55,299 bases of DNA from an uncultured Roseovarius sp. (GTDB taxonomy: Bacteria > Pseudomonadota > Alphaproteobacteria > Rhodobacterales > Rhodobacteraceae): the NCBI GenBank assembly GCA_937884705.1, contig CAKZYL010000458.1, positions 1-55,299 on the forward strand. The letters are read 5' to 3'. Below, one piece after another: positions 35,209-46,348 of this stretch (positions within the stretch are counted from its first letter, which is position 1; every line of letters starts with the position of its first letter). The notes beneath the pieces are model-generated. The model did not search any database. It was not told the origin of the DNA and saw nothing but the letters and a program-made list of their open reading frames with translations. The position numbers were made by a program, and so were the translations under genes.

Positions 35209-38200
35209 ATGTACTTCGGCAAACCTGACATGAACCGGGTCTATACGACACCGGCTGACGTTACGACTCCACCTGCTGATCCGTCGTGGGCGAACCTTGG
35301 CGATATAGCGGCAAGGACGTCTGAAACCATGTACATAACCAATAATCTCAACAGTACGGAGCTTGGCCTAGAGGAAGCATACAGGCAAGAAATTGCGACA
35401 ATCAAGGACGCGACTGGAACCGAGCTCCCAAACCCACAAACGTTTCGCAGGCAGGCCGGCTTACAGGGTCAAGAAGGCGCATATGGTCAATTGTTCTCCA
35501 AACGCCTGCGCCAGAAAAGCGAAGAGGAGGTCACTCCGCAACGCTTTATGGAATTGAAGCGCGAGTTGGCGGAGAAATATCCACAGCATCTCGAGGCCAT
35601 TAAACCGGACGCTGATCCCGGTGATACGCTTCGCCAGCTGCGCCGCGATGCTGAGAAACGTTTGCTGGAAGCGCACCGGCGCTATGGCGATGGTTTCTTG
35701 CCCTACGCTGCTATGTTAGCTGGTGGTGTCTATGGTGGCGGTACTGACCCAGCTTTCTGGGCCTCGTTTCTGCCTGGAATGCAGGGCGGCGCGGGCCGTG
35801 GGATTGCAGGCTTGTTATCGATGGCAGCGAAACAGGCTGCGATCAATGCGGCTGTTGAGGTGCCATTCACCGCAGTATCTCAACTCAACCGTGCAGACGC
35901 AGGTCTGGAGTACGGAGTTAGACAGGCAGCCTTCGAAGTAGCCGCGGCTGCCGCATTCGGCGGACTTCTGGACCTCGGCGTCCGCGGTCCTACTCGTGCT
36001 ATCCAACATGTAAGAGGCAAAAAGCCAAACGTCGACGACAAAGACCGGATAGTCGGATGGCGCAACAAAGACGATCCTGAGCCCAAGCCCATCCGTATTT
36101 CACCAGAGACCTGGCAAAAGGCAGAGCAGGGCGATATCGAGTCCCTCAAGAGCGTCACCAGGGAACTCGGGATTGACGACCAACCCAGCATTCGCGGCCT
36201 GACCGAGGGAGCAGAGATCGAGGCAGAGACCCGATTGCAGCTTCGGGAGATGGGCGTCGACGATGGCGAGGGCCTACGGAAGTTCGCCCAGGCATTGCGG
36301 TCTGTTGCAGATGGGTCAGAACCGCCGCCGCTACCGCCATCTGTCACGCGAAATGAATTCCAGAATCTGAATGAACGTCTCGACGAACTATCCACCGGCC
36401 AAACAGAAGTTGCCGCAGCTGTCCGTGAGATCCGAGATGACTTGCCGGCTGAAACTGCACCGATCGAAGACTGGCGCGCAATTCAAGCAAGGATCCGTGA
36501 TCCCGAAGTCAAACAGGCCGTATCAGACTTCGTAGAAGCAAAGCAGCAGTCCGTTGATACACCAGAAGTATCGGTCACTCGTGATACGACGCCAGTGCAG
36601 CTAGCACGCGAGATTCAGGAGGTGCCATCGCGAGCGGTCGTCCTGGAACAACGCATCGGACCGGATCGTGCACGCATGGTCAATAATCTCGCACGATTGT
36701 CCGATGAAGCATTGGGCCAAGTTGAGGCCGGTGCCGTCCATCCGAAGGTTGCCGCTGTCGTCGGTGAGTTTGTTGTAGACCAATCTCGACATAAGCCAAT
36801 CGTTGAGCGGTTGAGCGCAGAGCAAGTTCAGGATGTTCCGGCTGCTCGGCGCGTCATCGGCGAGGAACTGCAGCAGGGCACGCAAGTCGAAACGGCTATT
36901 CGCATTCTCGGTGCTGACCCACGTCATACAAATGTTGAAGCACTCGGACGTCTGGACGATCCAAACGGTCCTGAGGCTCGAGCCCAGGCAGAAGAGCTAG
37001 AGCAGCAGGTCAATCGGTTCCCGAAGGATGATTTGAATCTTCTTCTGGCCATCCGTGCCTACCACGGCAGCCCTCATGACTTCGATAAGTTCTCCATGGA
37101 CAAGATAGGAACTGGAGAAGGGGCGCAAGCTTATGGGCATGGGTTGTATTTTGCTGAGAATCCGAAGGTGGCGACGCAGTACAGGGATGATCTTGCGCCT
37201 GCCAGTCCGGACCCAGTCTTTTTGGATCATGCAGGCAAGGAAGTTTCTGGAGCGACAGAGACGGCGGCCTTCCTCCTTGATCGGCACAAGAACTCAAGCC
37301 GGGGTGCGCTCGATTCTGCGCTCTACGATGCCAGCGTGATGCAGAATGCGGACGCTGTTAGTGCGGAAGTCCAAAGACTTGCCAAAGGCGCGAAGCCAGA
37401 GGACAGGGTCACAAAAGGACCGCCTCGTGAAAGCCCCGGCAACATCTACGAAGTCAACATAAAAGCCAACAAGGATGACTTCTTGGATTGGGACAAGCCG
37501 CTTAGAGGTCAATCGCAGAACGCGAGTGCCGCCTTCCGAAACATGGTGGAGGACGTCGAGAGAAAGACCTTGGGGCGTGATCCTGCATTGGGTCCGGTCC
37601 CTGAACAGCTGTCACGTTTAAAGGATCGCCTGCAGCAATTCCATGGCCGTCAGAATGATACGCCGCTTGGCCAATGGGCGGCAGCAGAGAGCTTAGACAA
37701 GGCGACCTTAGATGCGATGAAGGATTCCGGAATTCCTGGCATCAAGTACCTTGACGGAAATTCTAGGGCGTCAGGCCAAGGAACCTATAACTACGTCATA
37801 TTTGACGATAACCTGATAGAGATCACAGCAAAGAATGGAGAGCCTGTTTCTGCAGACGTGCGCCGCGAAGCTATTGCCCAGACACAGAAGCAGTTTGCGC
37901 TTGCCAACGGCGTCGGATCACTTGGTGATCCGCTTGCACATGCTGCGACACCGCTTGCCAATCTCGATATGCCGTCTATTCGCACTGAGATAGACAAGAT
38001 TATCAACAGACTGCCTGAGGGATACAAGGTCCAACTTGAGAACCGCCTGACGTTCCAGGAACGAGGCGGAATCGTCGAAGCCGATGCTGTGTTCGACCCA
38101 ACGGCCAAATTAATAAAGGTTTCGCTTGCATCGAATGATCCGGCTCGGTTTGGTCGCCATGAAGAGATCCATGCCTATCGCCAGCTCGGACTGTTCAACG

Positions 38201-38649
38201 ACGATGAGTGGAACGCTCTGACGACCTACGCGCGCGACAACGATCTGCGCAAAGCCTATAAAATTGATGATCGCTACGGAGAACTCTACGGCAATAGGTA
38301 TAAGGACGATCCCGACAAGCTCGAGGAAATGCTTGTCGAAGAAACCATTGCCGAAATGTGGGCCGATCGGGTTTCTGGCAAGAGTTACGGCAAAACGATT
38401 GACGGCCTCATCGATCGAGTGATGCGGGTCATAAACGCAATCTCGAAAATGCTCCGTGGCAAAGGATACACGCGCATTGAAGACGTTTATCAGCGTATTG
38501 AAACAGGTGAGATTGGACGTCGCGCAGAACCATCAGCTTCAAGCGATTTGCCCCCGACGAACGTCGACTACCAAGCTTATCAAGCTGAGATGTCTCGAAC
38601 CCAACGAATGGGAGATGTCGGCGAAGTCGTGGAGGCCTGTCGACGATGA
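35209..38649 (+). CDS. Large polyvalent ejection protein with ART-like and zincin-like domains
   Basis: AYHGS...GTGEGAQAYGHGLYFA...GIKY...NYVIFD block; HEEIH...EETIAE. Confidence 0.7.
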   Translation: MYFGKPDMNRVYTTPADVTTPPADPSWANLGDIAARTSETMYITNNLNSTELGLEEAYRQEIATIKDATGTELPNPQTFRRQAGLQGQEGAYGQLFSKRLRQKSEEEVTPQRFMELKRELAEKYPQHLEAIKPDADPGDTLRQLRRDAEKRLLEAHRRYGDGFLPYAAMLAGGVYGGGTDPAFWASFLPGMQGGAGRGIAGLLSMAAKQAAINAAVEVPFTAVSQLNRADAGLEYGVRQAAFEVAAAAAFGGLLDLGVRGPTRAIQHVRGKKPNVDDKDRIVGWRNKDDPEPKPIRISPETWQKAEQGDIESLKSVTRELGIDDQPSIRGLTEGAEIEAETRLQLREMGVDDGEGLRKFAQALRSVADGSEPPPLPPSVTRNEFQNLNERLDELSTGQTEVAAAVREIRDDLPAETAPIEDWRAIQARIRDPEVKQAVSDFVEAKQQSVDTPEVSVTRDTTPVQLAREIQEVPSRAVVLEQRIGPDRARMVNNLARLSDEALGQVEAGAVHPKVAAVVGEFVVDQSRHKPIVERLSAEQVQDVPAARRVIGEELQQGTQVETAIRILGADPRHTNVEALGRLDDPNGPEARAQAEELEQQVNRFPKDDLNLLLAIRAYHGSPHDFDKFSMDKIGTGEGAQAYGHGLYFAENPKVATQYRDDLAPASPDPVFLDHAGKEVSGATETAAFLLDRHKNSSRGALDSALYDASVMQNADAVSAEVQRLAKGAKPEDRVTKGPPRESPGNIYEVNIKANKDDFLDWDKPLRGQSQNASAAFRNMVEDVERKTLGRDPALGPVPEQLSRLKDRLQQFHGRQNDTPLGQWAAAESLDKATLDAMKDSGIPGIKYLDGNSRASGQGTYNYVIFDDNLIEITAKNGEPVSADVRREAIAQTQKQFALANGVGSLGDPLAHAATPLANLDMPSIRTEIDKIINRLPEGYKVQLENRLTFQERGGIVEADAVFDPTAKLIKVSLASNDPARFGRHEEIHAYRQLGLFNDDEWNALTTYARDNDLRKAYKIDDRYGELYGNRYKDDPDKLEEMLVEETIAEMWADRVSGKSYGKTIDGLIDRVMRVINAISKMLRGKGYTRIEDVYQRIETGEIGRRAEPSASSDLPPTNVDYQAYQAEMSRTQRMGDVGEVVEACRR

Positions 38650-41456
38650 GCCTCAAAGTCTGCATTGACAACGCCGTATCGGCCGGCGAGCTGACTCTTG
38701 AAGAAGGCCAGCAGCTGAAACAGCGCTACGACACGCTGGCGAGGAAAGTTTTCGCTCGCGGATCTGCGCGAGATCAGCTGATCGAAGAGATCGAAGCGGA
38801 AGCCGCGCAAAGGAAGCGCATTGCACTTCTTACTGAAACGGTTCGCCAGCAATTGCAGGGATTCGTCTTCGGCCATGTCAATGCGCGCGGGTTCATGGAC
38901 CCAATGGAAGCTCAGATGTGGCTCTTGGACCATAAAGGGCAGGCGCAAATCGAAAGCGTCAAGCAGCATCAGCTCGGCCTACAGGGATACATTCATGGTC
39001 GCGTCAATCAGGCTATGCAGGAATTCCGTGCCAAGGCGAAGATTACCGGCGATCTAGCACGTCGGTTTGGGTCTACGCGCAAACTACAAATGGACTGGGT
39101 CCGGGAGATGCACGGCGAGAGCACGGGAAACGAATACGCTAAAGAACTGGCTAAAGAGACATCCGCGGCCATCAACGATACTCGTGAATGGTTCAACGAT
39201 GCAGGCGGCGCTATCGGTAAGATTGAAGGTTATGCGTTACCTCAGCATTACAATCGCGAGCGAATGCAAGCTGTCGAGCCGGAAGAGTTCGCAAAAGACA
39301 TGCAGGAACACGTTGGTTTAGAGCGTATGAGACATCCGCTGACGGGCAACCAGATGACCTTGGATGAAGTCTGGGATGCTGCGATATTCACGCATGAAAA
39401 TGTGGGCGCCGACGGCTGGTTAAAGCGTGAGCCATCCGGTCAGCAGTACGGCAAAGGCGCTATGTTCAAGCGCCACGCAGATCACAGATTCTTTCATTTC
39501 AAGGACGCAGACTCCTACATCTTCATGATGGAAAAGTACGGTGACGTGGATGTCCTGACCGGACGTTGGGATCCCTGGTCGACCTTTACAGGTCACATGG
39601 CGACGATGACGCGCGACATCGCAATGATGCGTAAGCTTGGGCCAAACCCCAATGCCATGATGGAGTTTATTCATCAGAGCGTCGAAAAACATGCAGCAAC
39701 GATCCGGCCAAGCAATAAGATCAGAGAGATGCAAATCCGGGAGTTCAAGGAACTTGTTCGGGCCAAGAACCAGACGGTGGATAGCCTGCATGCGAAACAC
39801 GCAACGATCCTTAAGAAGTTAGACAAAGCGAGGCACAGAACTCGCCTCGCTGCCCCGCTGAACAGAGACAGTAAGAAAGCGCAAAAGCAACGATCTGAAG
39901 TTGAGAAGCTTCAAGCCGAGCTAATGGAGTCACATCAGAAGCTTGTGGCTCTTGAGCAAGGGCAACGATTGTGGACCGACGCGGATGAGCGGAAGTCGGC
40001 AGAGCTGCTACGACAGATGCGTTTGGAAGTCCCTGACGACTTCAACAACCCACGCCGGCGTGCCGCTGAATGGAAGCGCATGTCCGAGCGGGCATTTGAC
40101 GAACTTCGTGGTGCGAACAAACTTCCCGAGGAGGGGGACTTCGCGGAGAACTTCGCACACTACGCGCAAGGCATGCGGAACTGGCAGGTAGCTACCAAAC
40201 TCGGCGGTGCCGGCATATCAGCTCTTAGTGACGTAGGGCTACGGCGTCAGGCACAACGCATGGCGGGATTGCCGCACAAAGGCCTAATCACGAACTACAT
40301 CAAGCAATTCGGTCCTGGACAGCAGAAAATTGCGATGCAGCAATCTCTGATCTTGGACGCTGCTTTACACACCTTAGATAGAGACAGTCGACACGCTGTC
40401 GCGACTTCGTTCGATGGCGTTACTGGCTATATCGCTGACCGCACTCTTGTCGCCGGCGGCCTTACTCAAATGACGCAAGTCAATAAACATGCAACCGGCC
40501 TTGAGCTTCACGCCTTCACCGGAATGCTGCTTGAGCGTAATTTCAAGGACCTTCCCAAACCGTATCGTAAAGGAATGGAAACTTTCGGTTTGACCGAGGG
40601 CGATTGGAAAGTGATGCAGCAAGCTGGGACGAACTCCGCCGGTTTTGCGCAGGTTGCCGAGATGCACAAGATCGATCCATCAGTTGCTATTCGGTACAAC
40701 GGATACGTTCACAAGATTATGCGCGAGTCAGCAGGTGAGATGGATACGCGCACGCGTGTTCAAATGATGCATGACTCTAAGGCTGGAACGTTTTCCGGCG
40801 AGATCCTGCGAAACATGTACCAGTTTAAAGGCTTCGGAATCGGCTTGCTATTCACGCATTTCACGGGAGCTTACCGAGACTTTCACGCAGGAGATAATAT
40901 GGGCCTCGCGATGCGAGCCGTGAATATCCTTCTGATCATGTCTCTCATGGGCGCAGTCTCCCTTCAGCTTAAGGATGTATTCTGGGGGCGTGATCCGAGA
41001 AACATGAATGATTGGCGCTTCTGGGTGGCATCAGTTGTTCAAGGCGGTGGCCTCGGGATCTACGGTGATTTCTTCTTTGCCGATCACAACAGGTTTGGCG
41101 GCAGCATCGGTGAAACAATTGCCGGTCCTGTCGGTGGCGTTGTTGGCGATATTACGCAACTAACATTCGGGAATATCGCCAACTTGTCCAATCAGGACGA
41201 CACGAACTTCGCGAACGAAGCATTGCGTTTCGCTAAAAACAATACACCGGGCCAGAACGTTTTCTATCTTCGTTTGGCCTGGGAGAGGTTGCTGTTCGAC
41301 CGACTGCATCAGGAAATCGACCCGCAGGGCTTCCGGGCTCGAGCTCGTCGCCAGATACGCAACCGTAGGCGTGATTACAATCAAGAGTATTGGTTTGCTC
41401 CAGGTCAAACCTTTAACGAAGCAGACCTCCCTGACCTCTCTGAAGCTATTCAATAA
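38646..41456 (+). CDS. Large internal virion (ejection) protein
   Basis: YALPQHY, GPNP, GEILRNMYQFKGF, QGGGLGIYGDFFF motifs typical of podoviral DNA-transfer proteins. Confidence 0.75.
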   Translation: MSLKVCIDNAVSAGELTLEEGQQLKQRYDTLARKVFARGSARDQLIEEIEAEAAQRKRIALLTETVRQQLQGFVFGHVNARGFMDPMEAQMWLLDHKGQAQIESVKQHQLGLQGYIHGRVNQAMQEFRAKAKITGDLARRFGSTRKLQMDWVREMHGESTGNEYAKELAKETSAAINDTREWFNDAGGAIGKIEGYALPQHYNRERMQAVEPEEFAKDMQEHVGLERMRHPLTGNQMTLDEVWDAAIFTHENVGADGWLKREPSGQQYGKGAMFKRHADHRFFHFKDADSYIFMMEKYGDVDVLTGRWDPWSTFTGHMATMTRDIAMMRKLGPNPNAMMEFIHQSVEKHAATIRPSNKIREMQIREFKELVRAKNQTVDSLHAKHATILKKLDKARHRTRLAAPLNRDSKKAQKQRSEVEKLQAELMESHQKLVALEQGQRLWTDADERKSAELLRQMRLEVPDDFNNPRRRAAEWKRMSERAFDELRGANKLPEEGDFAENFAHYAQGMRNWQVATKLGGAGISALSDVGLRRQAQRMAGLPHKGLITNYIKQFGPGQQKIAMQQSLILDAALHTLDRDSRHAVATSFDGVTGYIADRTLVAGGLTQMTQVNKHATGLELHAFTGMLLERNFKDLPKPYRKGMETFGLTEGDWKVMQQAGTNSAGFAQVAEMHKIDPSVAIRYNGYVHKIMRESAGEMDTRTRVQMMHDSKAGTFSGEILRNMYQFKGFGIGLLFTHFTGAYRDFHAGDNMGLAMRAVNILLIMSLMGAVSLQLKDVFWGRDPRNMNDWRFWVASVVQGGGLGIYGDFFFADHNRFGGSIGETIAGPVGGVVGDITQLTFGNIANLSNQDDTNFANEALRFAKNNTPGQNVFYLRLAWERLLFDRLHQEIDPQGFRARARRQIRNRRRDYNQEYWFAPGQTFNEADLPDLSEAIQ

Positions 41457-41488
41457 CCAGTTCCGCGTTCCAACTTAGGAACCATGCC

Positions 41489-42088
41489 GTGGGCCATAAT
41501 CTGTCCCCGATACCATCCCGCACATCTGTAGTGATTCAGACAGATGTTGATGGCAGCAACGCTACGATCAAAGCGGCTACAGAGCAGCAAGCTGGCGTCA
41601 TGACCGCGGATATGGTCAAGGCGTTGAACAAGCTCATTCAAGCCGTTCCAAATCTGGATCAAGCGCCGATTGCACTGCATGCCGTCAATGCACCAGATCC
41701 TAGCCTCGATCTGTCGCTTCCAGCTGTCGTGCAGCCACAAACTCAAATCCTGCCGCCCAGCAGCATGGATAATGTTATTGCGCGGCTTACAGCGCTAGAG
41801 CAACGCGCAAACAACACTCAAGACTACGCCAGTTTACTCAACGCACTCACAGCATTCCGAGACAAGGTGTCTGATCGGATCACAGCTCTTGAGGCGCGCG
41901 TGGCCAAACTTGAAACAAACGACAATCAGCGCGGTCTTCCAGCTCCAGACATGAGCGGCGAAGTCAATCAGCTGAGAGCTGAAGTGCAGCAGCTCAATTC
42001 AGTTGCCAATGAAAACAGCGCTTTCATCGAATTGATCAAAGGCATGGTTGATGATCCCACGCCAGTCCTGAAGCCGGAGGGTGCCTGA
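41489..42088 (+). CDS. Coiled-coil tail-associated protein
   Basis: ATEQQAGVMTA motif and repeated RLTALE/RITALE. Confidence 0.55.
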   Translation: MGHNLSPIPSRTSVVIQTDVDGSNATIKAATEQQAGVMTADMVKALNKLIQAVPNLDQAPIALHAVNAPDPSLDLSLPAVVQPQTQILPPSSMDNVIARLTALEQRANNTQDYASLLNALTAFRDKVSDRITALEARVAKLETNDNQRGLPAPDMSGEVNQLRAEVQQLNSVANENSAFIELIKGMVDDPTPVLKPEGA

Positions 42089-44865
42089 TGGTTGATATTA
42101 CCGAGTACAACGCCAGCGGAGCGCTCAGTGCTTTCTATCCAGACAAGAATACACGTGTTCCGGCGCGCCTCTGGGCGATTGAGAGAGCTATTCAAGATCT
42201 TGCAGCCGTTGGCATTGTCACGCTGTTTGAAGGTGCTGGAACGGATCCAACAGGGCTCACAGGGTACGCAAACACCAGCCTCTGGCTGAATGCGGAATCA
42301 GGTGTTACCGCAACGCCGGGAACAGTGCGTTATTGGAATGGCACGTCACCAGAGACGGATGTAGCAAACTGGCCGGCGTTAACTGTTGCCGGCTTTAGAA
42401 GCCATCTCAGCGTCTACAGTCAGGCAGAAGTCGATGCCTTGATTGCTGGCGGATTGCCAACATTCAATAGTGATAATTTTGCTAACAATTCGAGTGTCGC
42501 CGGGACAACCGTCACGGATGCACTCAACACACTCCTGTCCGCCCTGGCAAACTACGTTCCAACGTCTCAGCTGGGCGCGAACGATGGCGTTGCGACGCTC
42601 GATTCCAGCGGCAAGCTGACAGCCGCACAAATCCCGTCATCGATCACGTCGCCGTTTCAGTTCCAAGGCACCTGGGACGCATCTACGAACACACCAACGC
42701 TTACCAGCTCAGTTGGAACTGAAGGTCATCTCTACCGTGTATCAGTCGCAGGCACGACGGCTTTGGATGGCGAAGCGTCATGGACGGTAGGCGATGAGCT
42801 TTACTTCGGTGGCGGTGTCTGGAACAAGCTTGCCGGCGCCAGCACGCAGATTTCAACTGTCGATTCCAATGCCCAGGTTGACGGCGGTATAAAATTGCTC
42901 GGCACGACTGGCACACACGGGCAGTCGCAGGGCAATGCCTATTATAGCGTGGTTGTGACCAGCGATGAGCGTATCCTGATATACGGCGACCATGACGTGT
43001 TCGCCTTCAACCCGGTCGACGACTATCCCGGCATACCTTATGAATTGCCGCTCCCTTGGGACACGTCAACCGTCAAGATCGAAGCGGTTTATTGCGGCGG
43101 CAATTACCTCCTAGTTCAAACCGATGAAGCCACCGGCAATCTTTACTCGATAGGAGCGAATGCATCTGGTCAACTTGGCCAGGGTGACACAACCGCAAGG
43201 ACAGAGCTGACGAACATCTCGGCGCTCTCAGCGGTTCACGTGGATCGCTGTTACACATTCGGCGGAACAATCAATACGGTAAATCAGGACTACTGGTATG
43301 CCATCATGAGTGATGGGGATTTGTGGGGCTGCGGTCGCAATGCCGAGTATCAGATGGGCGACAACACCACAACAGACTGGACGACACCAGCCCAGATACA
43401 AGACAGCGGCGCCAGTGATCTCGTTAATATTGTGGAAGTGTCATCTGCTGGTGGCATATCCGGCCAGATGGCGCGCGTCACTGATGGTTCTGTTTGGGTA
43501 TGGGGCGCCAATACAGATGGCCAACTCGGCAACAACTCGACAACCACGATTACTCAGCCCGAAAAAATAGAAACATCACCGGGATCGGGAACGCCGCGCA
43601 CAGATATTGCACGAGCTGTGGTTACAGGTTCAGATAACGCGACAGCTCGTTCATCTGGATACATTCTGACAACAGCCGGAAAAGTTCTGTTTTCTGGTGA
43701 CGCAAATTACGGCCTTGGCGACAACACAACAACAAGCCGCCAAGTGTTTACTGCATGCACTGGCCTCATCGACAATGAGACCATCACAGACATTTTTGTC
43801 GGAGGCGGTGAGTATTCAGTCGCCGTAGCATTTGACTCGACGGGTGGCGTCTGGATCGTCGGATACATGGCATCAGATGCGCTTGCCGGCGCCGGCAGCA
43901 CAACGAATTTGACAGAGTTCTTGGAGATCGGCAGCAACCTTCCAGCAGGTTGGAACGGAGCCGTAACGGACTGCATTATCGCCGGTGGCAATGCCACGTG
44001 CGTCATCTATCTGGAAGCTACCATAGCCAGCGTGAAACGAATTGCTTCTATCGGTCATGATACCAACTATGAGAGCGGGCAGAACCGTTCGGTAGCAGCT
44101 GCTGCACACACGTGGCAAGAAGTTCACGGGATGCGTGGAACGCTGAGTGATTACTCAGTCTTTGGGGATTATCTGCGCTACGGTTTGATGACCGTCAATA
44201 CTGAAGGCGAAGCCAGGTATCACGGATACAATGCCACCGGCATGGCCGGCAGTGGAAGTCTAACGCCGGCGTCTATCTCAACGCAGCAGTCGGTCAAAAC
44301 AGGGATACCTCGCAAGCTCAAAGCTCCGGTGCATCTTGGTGCTTATAGCGCTGTGACCGAGTACAGCTATCAAGACGAAGTCACGTATCAAGGTTCCACG
44401 TGGCGCTATCGAGCTGGGCTCAGCCCGTCATCTGGCAACGCTCCGCCAACACTTCCAACGACATCCAATACTTATTGGGAGCTCGTCAGTCAGAAGGGCG
44501 ATGCTGGCTTTTCGAATGTTGTGTTCGATTTTGATGGCGGATCGACGCCATTGGTTGCTGGTCTGCAAGCGCGTATCCCTGTGTCGTTCGATGCAACGAT
44601 TATAGAAGCAACGCTGATAAGCAACACGTCCGGTGATGCGATCATCGACATCTGGAAGGACACGTTTGCGAACTATCCTCCGACGAACGCAGACTCGATC
44701 ACGGCATCAGCGCAGCCCACGCTATCCAGCGCAGACAAGTACCAGGATCTGTCTCTCACGGGCTGGACGATATCAGTCACCGCCGGAGACGTCCTTGTTG
44801 CCAACATCGACAGTGTCAGCGGTCTCACAAATCTAGTGCTCAATCTCAAGGTCCAAAGGAGCTAA
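42088..44865 (+). CDS. Tail fibre / receptor-binding protein with RCC1-like repeats
   Basis: GVATLDSSGK and FQGTWDASTNTP fibre motifs; repeated G-x-N-x2-GQLG-x2-T/S-T. Confidence 0.75.
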   Translation: MVDITEYNASGALSAFYPDKNTRVPARLWAIERAIQDLAAVGIVTLFEGAGTDPTGLTGYANTSLWLNAESGVTATPGTVRYWNGTSPETDVANWPALTVAGFRSHLSVYSQAEVDALIAGGLPTFNSDNFANNSSVAGTTVTDALNTLLSALANYVPTSQLGANDGVATLDSSGKLTAAQIPSSITSPFQFQGTWDASTNTPTLTSSVGTEGHLYRVSVAGTTALDGEASWTVGDELYFGGGVWNKLAGASTQISTVDSNAQVDGGIKLLGTTGTHGQSQGNAYYSVVVTSDERILIYGDHDVFAFNPVDDYPGIPYELPLPWDTSTVKIEAVYCGGNYLLVQTDEATGNLYSIGANASGQLGQGDTTARTELTNISALSAVHVDRCYTFGGTINTVNQDYWYAIMSDGDLWGCGRNAEYQMGDNTTTDWTTPAQIQDSGASDLVNIVEVSSAGGISGQMARVTDGSVWVWGANTDGQLGNNSTTTITQPEKIETSPGSGTPRTDIARAVVTGSDNATARSSGYILTTAGKVLFSGDANYGLGDNTTTSRQVFTACTGLIDNETITDIFVGGGEYSVAVAFDSTGGVWIVGYMASDALAGAGSTTNLTEFLEIGSNLPAGWNGAVTDCIIAGGNATCVIYLEATIASVKRIASIGHDTNYESGQNRSVAAAAHTWQEVHGMRGTLSDYSVFGDYLRYGLMTVNTEGEARYHGYNATGMAGSGSLTPASISTQQSVKTGIPRKLKAPVHLGAYSAVTEYSYQDEVTYQGSTWRYRAGLSPSSGNAPPTLPTTSNTYWELVSQKGDAGFSNVVFDFDGGSTPLVAGLQARIPVSFDATIIEATLISNTSGDAIIDIWKDTFANYPPTNADSITASAQPTLSSADKYQDLSLTGWTISVTAGDVLVANIDSVSGLTNLVLNLKVQRS

Positions 44866-44871
44866 CTAATC

Positions 44872-45294
44872 ATGGTGGCATTTAACAAGTACCACACATT
44901 CATAGAGGCGCAGTTCGAAGGTGCGCACAACTTGGGCAGTGACACACTTAAAGTCGCCCTCACGAATACGGCGCCAACTGTCGCGACTGATGCTGGTCTC
45001 AGTGATATCTCGGAGATTTCTGCAGCCAATGGGTATACGGCAGGCGGCACGCAGGCGGCAACGTCGTCTTCGGCACAGACTTCCGGAAACTACAAACTTG
45101 TTCTGGCAGACGTCGTGTTCACCGCAAGCGGCGGATCGATCGGGCCGTTCCGCTATGCGGTTTTGTACAACGATACCGCGTCAGGAGATGAGGTGATCGG
45201 ATATTGGGACTACGGATCATCCGTATCGCTTGCGGATGGTGAGTCACTAACGTGGGATGCGGACCCAACTAACGGCGTCTTGCAGGCAGCATAA
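44872..45294 (+). CDS. Virion structural protein
   Basis: DTLKVALTN...NGYTAGG...YAVLYNDT, beta-rich; in tail cluster. Confidence 0.65.
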   Translation: MVAFNKYHTFIEAQFEGAHNLGSDTLKVALTNTAPTVATDAGLSDISEISAANGYTAGGTQAATSSSAQTSGNYKLVLADVVFTASGGSIGPFRYAVLYNDTASGDEVIGYWDYGSSVSLADGESLTWDADPTNGVLQAA

Positions 45295-45302
45295 GGAATT
45301 AG

Positions 45303-45551
45303 ATGATGTCAACAACAGTCGATCTACTGAGGCAGCGTTTCAAAGAGCTGCAGCAAGAACGAGAAACTATTCTCGCTCAACTTGAACCATTGCAGGCAAA
45401 ACGCGATGCGATGGCGCAACAAGTCCACCAGATCAAAGAGCAAATGAAGCCGGTCGCTGATGAAGCCAGGCCGCTCAGAGACGATTTGTTCAAAGTGGAT
45501 AATGAGCGCGGACAAATCAGCAAGGCTCTGAACGGCAAAACGGGCAAGTAA
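45303..45551 (+). CDS. Small coiled-coil protein
   Basis: AAGGA RBS; heptad pattern. Confidence 0.6.
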   Translation: MMSTTVDLLRQRFKELQQERETILAQLEPLQAKRDAMAQQVHQIKEQMKPVADEARPLRDDLFKVDNERGQISKALNGKTGK

Positions 45552-46348
45552 TGGCTGAACTGCTATTAAAAATCGGTGATGAGGCAGGGTTCGAAGACGG
45601 CGATGTTTTGCACGCTTTCAACGATCGGCGGATCTGCCAAGTGCACACCGAGCATATCTGTTGTCCGAAAGGTCGTCCTGATCTCAACCCGCGAACGCGC
45701 AGCGGGTTCTTAATACGCGGGACGCTAACGGAAGAGTTGTGCGCCCAGATGTTTCGTCATTGTTTTGAGCGCGTGTCGGCTTCGACAGTGAAGCGCACAG
45801 ACCTCGTAACTCTGGATGAGGTTCTATTTGACGGGAGACCGCGTCTCGTTGACGGCAGAGTGCAAGCGATGGACGTGGATCTGTTCTTGCGAAATCGCTT
45901 GCTTGCCGCCAATCACGGCATCTTCGGAGATGAGCGAAAGGCCGTTTGGTACGGTACGTCTCGCACGCCGGACATATACGCATTAGGGAAAGTGTGGGAT
46001 CGTATCGAGGCCGACACGAAGCTTCGAAGATCGGACCACACACAGTTTCCGTTCGTCGAACGGACACGGTCACTGCACCTTCCGATATCGTTCGAAGACT
46101 TCGACGATGCGACTGCGGCAGACTACGTGGCGCCACTCGTGGATCAGTCCGACCCGGATAATGTCCAGGCCGTAAAGAAGCGCGAGAAACAAGTTGCCTA
46201 TAAGGAGATTTTTCCAGATCGAGTTTCCAAAATTTTAGACAAGTCAGCCATTGAGGATTTGCGTGATCAGATCGCCCGCACGTCTGCAGACATGGCCACA
46301 AAAAAGATCGATGAGAAACTTCCGGTCGCAGAAGTTGAGGGACGCTGA
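45551..46348 (+). CDS. Hypothetical protein
   Basis: Coupled to both neighbours. Confidence 0.6.
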   Translation: MAELLLKIGDEAGFEDGDVLHAFNDRRICQVHTEHICCPKGRPDLNPRTRSGFLIRGTLTEELCAQMFRHCFERVSASTVKRTDLVTLDEVLFDGRPRLVDGRVQAMDVDLFLRNRLLAANHGIFGDERKAVWYGTSRTPDIYALGKVWDRIEADTKLRRSDHTQFPFVERTRSLHLPISFEDFDDATAADYVAPLVDQSDPDNVQAVKKREKQVAYKEIFPDRVSKILDKSAIEDLRDQIARTSADMATKKIDEKLPVAEVEGR

